Below, in pieces: positions 55,897 to 64,000 of a DNA stretch of 64,000 nt. The position numbers and the translations under genes are program-made. The notes under the pieces are model-generated. The model saw only the letters and a program-made list of their open reading frames with translations. It searched no databases and was not told where the DNA came from. Origin of the DNA: Octopus vulgaris (taxonomy: Eukaryota); contig OX597839.1 in NCBI GenBank assembly GCA_951406725.2, positions 31,682,001 to 31,746,000 on the forward strand, in the 5' to 3' direction. Positions within the stretch are counted from its first letter, which is position 1, and every line of letters starts with the position of its first letter.

Positions 55897-56908
55897 CATT
55901 AGCCAAGGGAGAGAAGAGTTTATTTACTTAATCAGGTTCCAAAAATTAATTACTTATTAAATAGGTAAAGAACCTTAAAAGGTATTTGGCACAAAATAAA
56001 TGAGGAAATATTCTATTAAGAACTTTCCCAAGAGCAAAGCGAAAGTAGTTGACAGATGCAGCTGGAGATTAAGAATGGATTTCCAACCACTTCCAGAGAA
56101 CTTAATGCCGTGCCAAAATGGTAACATGAATTGATACAAGGCTATGTGACTTCTTGTGATTATAAGTTAGATATCAGTGGAAGGAGGAAGAAAGAAAGAA
56201 AAAAAGGAAGAAACACAAAGAGAGAGAAATTTCTGGAGAACACACAAGAACAAGAAGAATAAGAATTGTTGCCGTAGCAGCAGTCGTTGATTGGAGACGA
56301 AAGTATAAAGAATTGGTACCAAGTGACAAAATTGTTATTGCTTTGTGTGATATTACATTTACCTAACACACCAATGTTTGAAATTCAGTTTGGGAATTTC
56401 TGCTCCACCGTACAGACTCACTTCCTAATTACTACAATATTGAAATGTTAAAGATTATTTAATCACCCAATTTAAAACCAAATCAAATTTACAAGAAACT
56501 TCCAACAAAAATCTTCTTCTGTGGAGAAATTATAGAGCATCTCTCCAATAATTGCAGAGTTAGAGTGAGTGTTCTCAGTATCAGAAAGGTAGACAGCTTT
56601 CTCGGTAAACAACTTAATTCATCTAATAAGCAGTGAAACAGAGAGACATTTATGCGCCTGCCTTTCTTTCTTTTACTTAGAGACACATATTTACACACTC
56701 TGCTTCCACTGGCTTTCAGATTCTGAATCTCACACAGAAATGAATACTTGCTTATTGCTTCTTTACACACACACACATACACATGTTTATACATGCATAC
56801 ATATATACATACATAGACACATACATATATAAATACACACAAACATCTACAGATATATATATATATATATATGCGCATATTTAAATTGATATACATATAT
56901 ATATATAT

Positions 56909-57458
56909 AGTGGCACGTTAAAAGCACCAACCGATCGTGGCCAATGCCAGACTCCCCAGGCACCTGTGCCAGTGGCATGTTAAAAAGCACCCACTACACT
57001 CGCGGAGTGGTTGGCATTAGGAAGGGCATCCAGCTGTAGAAACACTGCCAGATCAGACTGGAGCCTGGTGCAGCCCCTGACTTCCCAGACCCCGGTCGAA
57101 CCATCCAACCCATGCTAGCGTGGAAAACGGACGTTAAACAAAAAAAATATATATATATATACATATACACACACTCATTAATATATATATGCATATGACT
57201 GGCACCCGTGCGAGTGGCACATAAAAAGCATCTTTCAAGCATGGTCAGTGCCAGTGCCACCTGACTGACTCCCATGCTGGTGGCTCATAAAAAGCACCCA
57301 CTACACTATCAGAGTGGTTGGCATTAGGAAGGGCATCCAGCTGTAGAAGCCTTACCAAATCAGATTGGAGCCTGGTGCAGCCTCCCGGCTTGACAGTTCT
57401 CAGTCAAACCATCCAACTCATCCCAGCATGGAAAGCAAGCAATGATGATGATGATGAT
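56909..57458 (+). mobile_element. Two tandem RTE 3' UTR-type copies
   Basis: 56909-57138 and ~57199-57458, same family as 17892. Confidence 0.85.
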
Positions 57459-60207
57459 GTATGTATATATGTGTGTATGTTTGTATATGTATATATATAT
57501 ATATATCTGAACTCACTGAAGTTTTTCTACCTCATACATGAAAGAGCCTCAACACAAGTGCTCAACCTGCTAGAAGTAGCAGCCAAATTTCCCACAAATC
57601 GCCCCACTTGCATCTTACATCAGCTACGACATATTCAATAATGTGGTCTGAGGTAAGCCCTTAAAAGATGGGATGGTCATAACTGGAATGCTTATGATAA
57701 CAAAAAGATTTCTCTTAATCAAGATAATCCAATACCAAAGAGCAGTACATCTATTTATACATCCAGAGAAAATTAATTATTTCTTGACTAATTAACAAAA
57801 AATAAGCTTGTATTAATGTCAAAAATCAAAACAACAAAACTACACAGCCTCCCATGCACCACCAAATCTCTTTATAGTAAAAGAAATGGTTAGAATCACC
57901 TGAAGACTGCCAGTTAATGTCATCTTAAAGTCAACTTTGGATAAAATATTTCCAAAAATTTATAGTTGAAATGAATTAAAAATCATTCTTTTGACCTTTA
58001 TGAAACATGCTGTGATTTCTCGATTATTCGAAGGTTTCCAGTGTGTGTCTTTGTGTTTGTACCCTACCACCACTTGACAACCGACATTGGTTTGTTTATG
58101 TCCTTGTAAATCGAGTTGTGTGGCTGATGAAATAAGGGACTGATAAAATGAGTACCAGGCTTAAAAACTAAGTACTGGGGTTAATTTCATCATCATCATC
58201 AGTAACATCATCATTTAACGTTTGTTTTCCATGCTGGCATGGGTTGGACAGAGTGATAGGAGCTGGTAAGGCTGGAGGCTGCACGAGGCTCCCTTTTCCC
58301 TTTTGGCATGGTTTCTACAGGTGGATGCCCTTCCTAATGCCAACCACTTTACACAGTGAGTGCTGGGTGCTTTTTATATAGCACCAACACCAGTGCTTTG
58401 TCATGTGGCACCAGCATGGGTGCTTTTTACATGGCACCAACACTGACTTGTTAGAGTAAATGCTCCAAGGCCCCAGCATGGCCACAGCCCAATGACTGAA
58501 ACAAGCAAAAGATAAAAGATAAGAACCATGATGATTAATTAAGGTGAGGACACTGTGTTGCCAAGGCAGCACTAATCTTAAAGCCTGAAGCAATATTAGT
58601 TATAAAGTTCATCAGTTCATCAAATATCTTCTGAAACTGATATACAAAACCTATTAGTATGGGGGGGGGGGAACTATTTTCCTTGTAAGAATCAACTTTA
58701 AAATAAAATGAAGAAATTGGGATGTGAAAGAAGCCAGATTCTTCCACTCAATAATAAATACTCCAGTAGAGACTCAAAAGAACGGATAATCAATACATTA
58801 GGATTAATATTTGGGTCAGTAGGTTCATTCCCACTCCCCCCCACTCACCTCATTCCCACTCCCCCCCACTCACCACGAATTCACCAAAATATATCAAGGT
58901 TTTGTCTTTTATCCTCTTCGTTTTTTTAGCATTGCAAAAAAAAAACAAAAAACATAGAAGAATAACAAAACAAAGATATGAAAAAAAATGCAAAGCGAAA
59001 AAAGAAAATTAAAAAAATACTCAGCCATCAACAATCATTAAAAAAAAGCAGAAAAAATGTAGAAATTAATATAAAACCAGTCTAAGAGTCAAAACCAGAC
59101 ATTTAAACGCAGCCACATTGTCTCAACAAGTCGAAGATTAACAATGTGCAGAAGTTTCGTGATAAGTGCTGTTAATGTGCAACATATGTTGTTTTTTAGT
59201 TTTGGTGAAAAAATTGTTTTTCTTTTTTTTTTTTCTTTTTTAGGAACTACAGAAGGTGAAAAACTGAAAAACCAATTTGAAGTTGTGTCGATTAATTCTA
59301 TTGTCTTATGGAGATGATATTCACTCTCTCTTTCTTCTTCTTCTTCTTCTTCTTCATTGATCTAAGCGTATATTCACTTGGAATGATGTCTAGATCAGAG
59401 AGGGACTTTCTGATAAAACCTCTCCCTTTCGTTTCCTTCCCTTTCAATACTTCTTTTTCCTTTCTTTCTTTTCCTCTCCCTTTATTTCATTGTCTTCAGA
59501 ATCATATATTGGAAACAATTTAATATATTAACACACTGAATGCTTCGATTCAAACATCATTTGAATAAAATCTCTTAAACCACCATTCCTACTAAATCTA
59601 CATGTTACTGCATATTTTCCATTGGCTGTCAAAGCAACAAAATAAAAAACAGCAAAGACATTCCGTTATTTCTTTTTTTTCTTTTCCCCCTTTATTCTCT
59701 TCCTGGTGTATATTTTAGATACATAAATGTTTACCATCAGAATTTCATACTCTCTTGGCAAACTCCCACTATTTCTCTAAAAGTGGAATGTGTCTATGTC
59801 GTGGATGGATGTAAGACGAATGAAGAGGAAACAAGGAAAGAATTAGCTCAAGGCTCAGGAAACTAGGTTCAATTCTTGCTCGCGTCTGCTTCACTTGCAT
59901 ACCTGTCACCTGTCTCCATTGAAGAAAGGAGCCACTATCAACATTTCCAGTTCTTTTCTCCAGTCAGTTTAATGATTCATTGTATAATAATAGCAGCAGC
60001 AGTAACAGTAATCGTAGGAGTAGTAGTGATGGTGTTGGCAATGGTGATAATGATGATGGAGTGGTGGTGGCCAGGTAATTATGATGTGGCTGGTGGGGAT
60101 GGCTATATATATGTGACAATGTAGTATATATGTGTGTGTGTGTGTGTGTGTGCCCCCACACACACATACATGGACGTTTACATCATATATATATATATAT
60201 ATATATA

Positions 60208-60589
60208 TACTCTTTTACTTGTTTCAGTCATTTGACTGTGGCCATGCTGGAGCACCGCCTTTAGTCGAGCAAATTGGCCCCAGGACTTATTCTTTGTAAG
60301 CCCAGTACTTATTCTATCGGTCTCTTTTTCGAACCGCTAAGTGATGGGGACGTAAACACACCAGCATCGGTTGTCAAGCGATGCTAGAGGGACGAACACA
60401 GACACACATACATATATATACATATATACACATATATACGACAGGCTTCTTTCAGTTTCTGTCTACCAAATCCACTCACAATGCTTTGGTTGGCCTGAGG
60501 CTATAGCAGAAGACACTTGCCCAAGATGCCATGCAGTGGGACTGAACCCGGAACCATGTGGTTGGTAAGCAAGCTACTTATCACACAGC

Positions 60590-60592
<3 letters not shown>
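60208..60592 (-). mobile_element. SINE family C, full length, between (TA)n tracts
   Basis: Near-identical to the 34734 copy. Confidence 0.88.
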
Positions 60593-60637
<45 letters not shown>

Positions 60638-60858
60638 AGACCAAAAGTGTACGTATGTTGCTACACACATAAATGTAAAAAGAGAGAAAAATAGACAGCT
60701 TCTCACAATGTGGTAAGTTTAATAAAAGGCCCATCTTCAGAAGAAAGGAACAAGAATATTAAGGTTTTATTAAACTTTCAGCATCATTAGAATTTGTCTA
60801 TTTTCTCTCTATTTACATTTTTCAATATTACAATGCTTCAAGCAAATTACAACACTCA

Positions 60859-60894
<36 letters not shown>

Positions 60895-61027
60895 CATACA
60901 TATGTATGTATGTATGTATGTATATTACAGTATGCAAATTAGTAGCACCAGTTTTCTGTAGGTACAGTAGTTGTATACCAAGAGTTTGTTTGCTTGTTTC
61001 TTTGTGATTGGTCACATTGATGAAGAC

Positions 61028-61070
61028 ACCTCTGATGAAAATCCAATAGGATCTGAAAATTGATTAAGGT
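61028..61070 (+). ncRNA. Minimal type I hammerhead ribozyme (element ~60925-61085 between microsatellites)
   Basis: acct CTGATGA aaatcc-aata-ggatct GAAA attga TTA aggt. Stem I is perfect, the core is canonical, stem II is 6 bp with one A.C mismatch, and stem III is near-palindromic (AATTGATT). Confidence 0.8.
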
Positions 61071-61081
61071 TCCTCTCTATT

Positions 61082-61149
<68 letters not shown>

Positions 61150-61835
61150 TACATGTGTAGATGATTACGTATACACAATATGAGATGGTCAGAGATGTAA
61201 CAGCTTTGGACAGCTCTACTTGACCAAGACCAAACAACGACAATGATAGTGACATCAATAATCACATTAGCCCCAAATATTCTTCCGGAATGCACACTGT
61301 TGGTGCACAAAAGCAACCACTTCTAAGCACTGACTGAGTCCACCCCTGGCTCGATTATGCAGTGGTCATACCAGGAATAAAATTCACTGCTGCCCCTTTG
61401 TAGTGGCCAACACCTCCAAGCAAAAAGTTACAGGGAATGGAGAAATGCAACACACTCAGACTACTGCATTACACTATCTCTCTCTCTACAGTTCATAACT
61501 ACATTCAGAAGAGGATCATGGGATCTTCAACGAATTGGGGACATAGGACTTCTATCAAAACCAGTTATGGGGACGACATCTACTAGATTTCACAGCTTGT
61601 AGGGCACTGTTTATTTCCAACTAATCTCTCAGATTACAATCTGTGCCTTACAAATACAAGATCACAGTTTAAGTTATTGGCAAGGGTTGGTTTAAGACAG
61701 GTTTTGCTGAAACTGAGGTGTGCTTTATAATTATTCACACCTTATGACCTTATGACCTCAGAATAGGAATTCAGTGAGGTGATTTGTTAACTCTGCCAGC
61801 AATGTCAGTGAAATCTCTTCCAAACTGTACTCTCT

Positions 61836-62245
61836 TAACCCTTTAGTATTGAAGCCAGCCATATCCGGTTCAAATATTTTATTTGTTTTATGTCCAAGCC
61901 AGCCAGACCTGGCCTCTCACACCTACCCAACAATATCATTCTAAAAATGAACAATTGCATCCTTGAAATCTCAAATCTACGAGAGAATGCATAATAAATT
62001 CAAAACAACGTAAATTAGTTAGTTAGTTAGTTAGTTAATTTGGCTCAAAAGCAAATAGCAAGGCCATGTAGGGGGACATGGAGTTAAGTACAGGGTGGTG
62101 TTCATGTAAAGAGTTCAGGCCACTTGAGGTCAAGGGAGACTTTGAACAAAGCGGTCGTCGGCATCTTCACCATCTCGTCTGGCAGCTTGTTCCACGGATC
62201 CGCAACATTTCACTCAACTAATGAATCTGAACACTAAAAAGTTAA
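61836..62245 (+). mobile_element. piggyBac-like MITE interrupted by a CR1 3' end
   Basis: ttaaccctttag start, aaaaagttaa end; same family as 9780. Confidence 0.7.
62013..62206 (-). mobile_element. Young CR1 LINE 3' terminal fragment
   Basis: Minus strand gives VADPWNKLPDEMVKMPTTALFKVSLDLKWPELFT* (WN.LP...FK..LD motif), then a short 3' UTR and a (CTAA)n tail. Confidence 0.88.
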
Positions 62246-64000
62246 ATGAGAAAGTGATACACTGAATAATCTACTCGTAGACATACCCCTAAAAATAACA
62301 GTGGGGTTCACAGAGGGGATATTAGTTATATCGTAGGTCTGTTCCACTAGGGCTGACTAGGGGCTGGGCAACAACTCCTTATTGTAACAAAAGTCAATCA
62401 AGTTGACTGAGACTAGGGAACAACAGAGCAAATAAATCGATTTCTATGAAGATGGTGTATAGATCTAGAAAGGCTGTTATTGACTGGTTTTGCTTTAAAC
62501 CCCCTCATTTTGATGTTTAAAGAGGAAGGGGTGACTCATATCTAAACTTCAAAATAAAGGGATCAGAAATATTACAGCATGATATAATTTAATATATGTG
62601 TGCATGTGTGTGTGTGTGTGTGTGTGTGTGTATTTGCATGTGGTATTTATATAATATCTTTTCACATTTTAGAAAGCTTTGATTTTTTTCTAGAATTGTA
62701 AAGGTTTCTAATATAAAAAAACATGTAAAAGACGCACAAAAAAATAAACACATGAGAAGCAATCACTGTTTGAGGTCGTGATATTAATCAAAAAAGCAAT
62801 ATATTGGATTTGGGTAAATCAAGTGAGATCAATTAAGTGCAGAAGTGTTAGAGTTTCGAGTGTGTACATCCCATGTTGTAAACTTGATTAAATTTATGCT
62901 ATCAAAATGGAAAATTGTGAATCCATACAGCTGTGGAATATTTACACAATGTCAGTGAGACATACCATTATTATAGAATCTTGCTGATTTGCACTGTGTT
63001 TGATGGAGATATATATACACAGAACCGGTGATATTTACTATGTTATGCTCTAGAAATATAGTGCTATGATATAATATCGAAGCTATGGTGTGTCACAAAG
63101 ACATGCCATTATAGAATTAAAATTCTATAATAATGGTTGATGTAACAACAGGCAAAATGTCAATATTATTCCATCACTGCTAGAATAAGATATGGTAAGT
63201 TTGGTTGGTACAGGAATCATAATGAATTAACTGATTTATTGAATGTTTTTATGGTCAAAGAAAAGTAAATATTTGTCTTTAATTAGAAGAGATTTATTTA
63301 GAAATGAACTTGTGTTGACATAACTTGATTCCATAACAAATGTAAAAGATTCAAGGAATGAAGACAGACTTTAGAAATTCTAATACCAACATGTTGTGGG
63401 GTGAGATAGAACCTGAAACCATTTAATCACAAAGCGAACTCTATATCCAGCCAAGTTGGCACCTAGAATCTCAGGAAAAAAATCCAGATGTAATGGTCAT
63501 GGTTGGAAAGCCTTTGTTCACAGACCTGCTAGATCAGGGCTGAGTTGGGGCTACACAACATAAGACATTTTCATAAACCTTCTCAAAATCTTGATTATAA
63601 TGAAACTGAAAACCCACAGGGAATCTGGTCATTAAAAAAACAACCACAGAGACGAGGAGTGGGAGGGGGGATGATTAAACAGACAAGATATATTTTAAAA
63701 GAGATTCAAATAGTTTCTGTTATATTTTGTACACAAAGAACAAAAACAAAACTTGTAACCACCTTTGAGTGCTTCAGGGGTAAGAAAAAAAAAATGGTAA
63801 CTATTACTTTAACATTTCAGAAAGGAAATTGATTTATAGGAATTGAATGGTTTCCCTTCCTTGGATTAGTCCCCACTTGTTATCTGGGCAACAATTTCCT
63901 TTGTACATAATTACACAATGACGTGGTTAAGCTTCATAAATCATAGTTCGTTTGGGAAAGATAACCTATACAAAATATTTACATACATTTCAAGGGAATA

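Overview
This 64 kb window is AT-rich, microsatellite-dense eukaryotic non-coding DNA. The repeat families resemble those I recall from Octopus genomes (inference, not verified). I found no intact protein-coding gene: nearly every ORF in the track is a translated microsatellite or an antisense or out-of-frame read of a repeat. The window is mostly a patchwork of four elements: (1) tRNA-headed SINEs of several families; (2) 3' ends of RTE and CR1-group LINEs and fossils of RLE-type non-LTR elements (HERO-like, R4/Dong-like); (3) hAT, piggyBac-like, Tc1 and Helitron relics; (4) one probable LTR. The most striking signal is a set of short non-coding elements from different sequence families that carry type I hammerhead ribozyme folds. 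Three have canonical cores (7242+, 7627-, 61028+), two have variant cores (44422+, 44675-), one is decayed (43211+), and two are half-motifs. Most abut (TA)n tracts, and twice two different families converge tail-to-tail on one (TA)n tract. This fits Penelope-like/retrozyme-type RNA elements that target microsatellites. TE-poor islands ending in minus-strand GT donors may be alternative first exons of a large host gene (low confidence).
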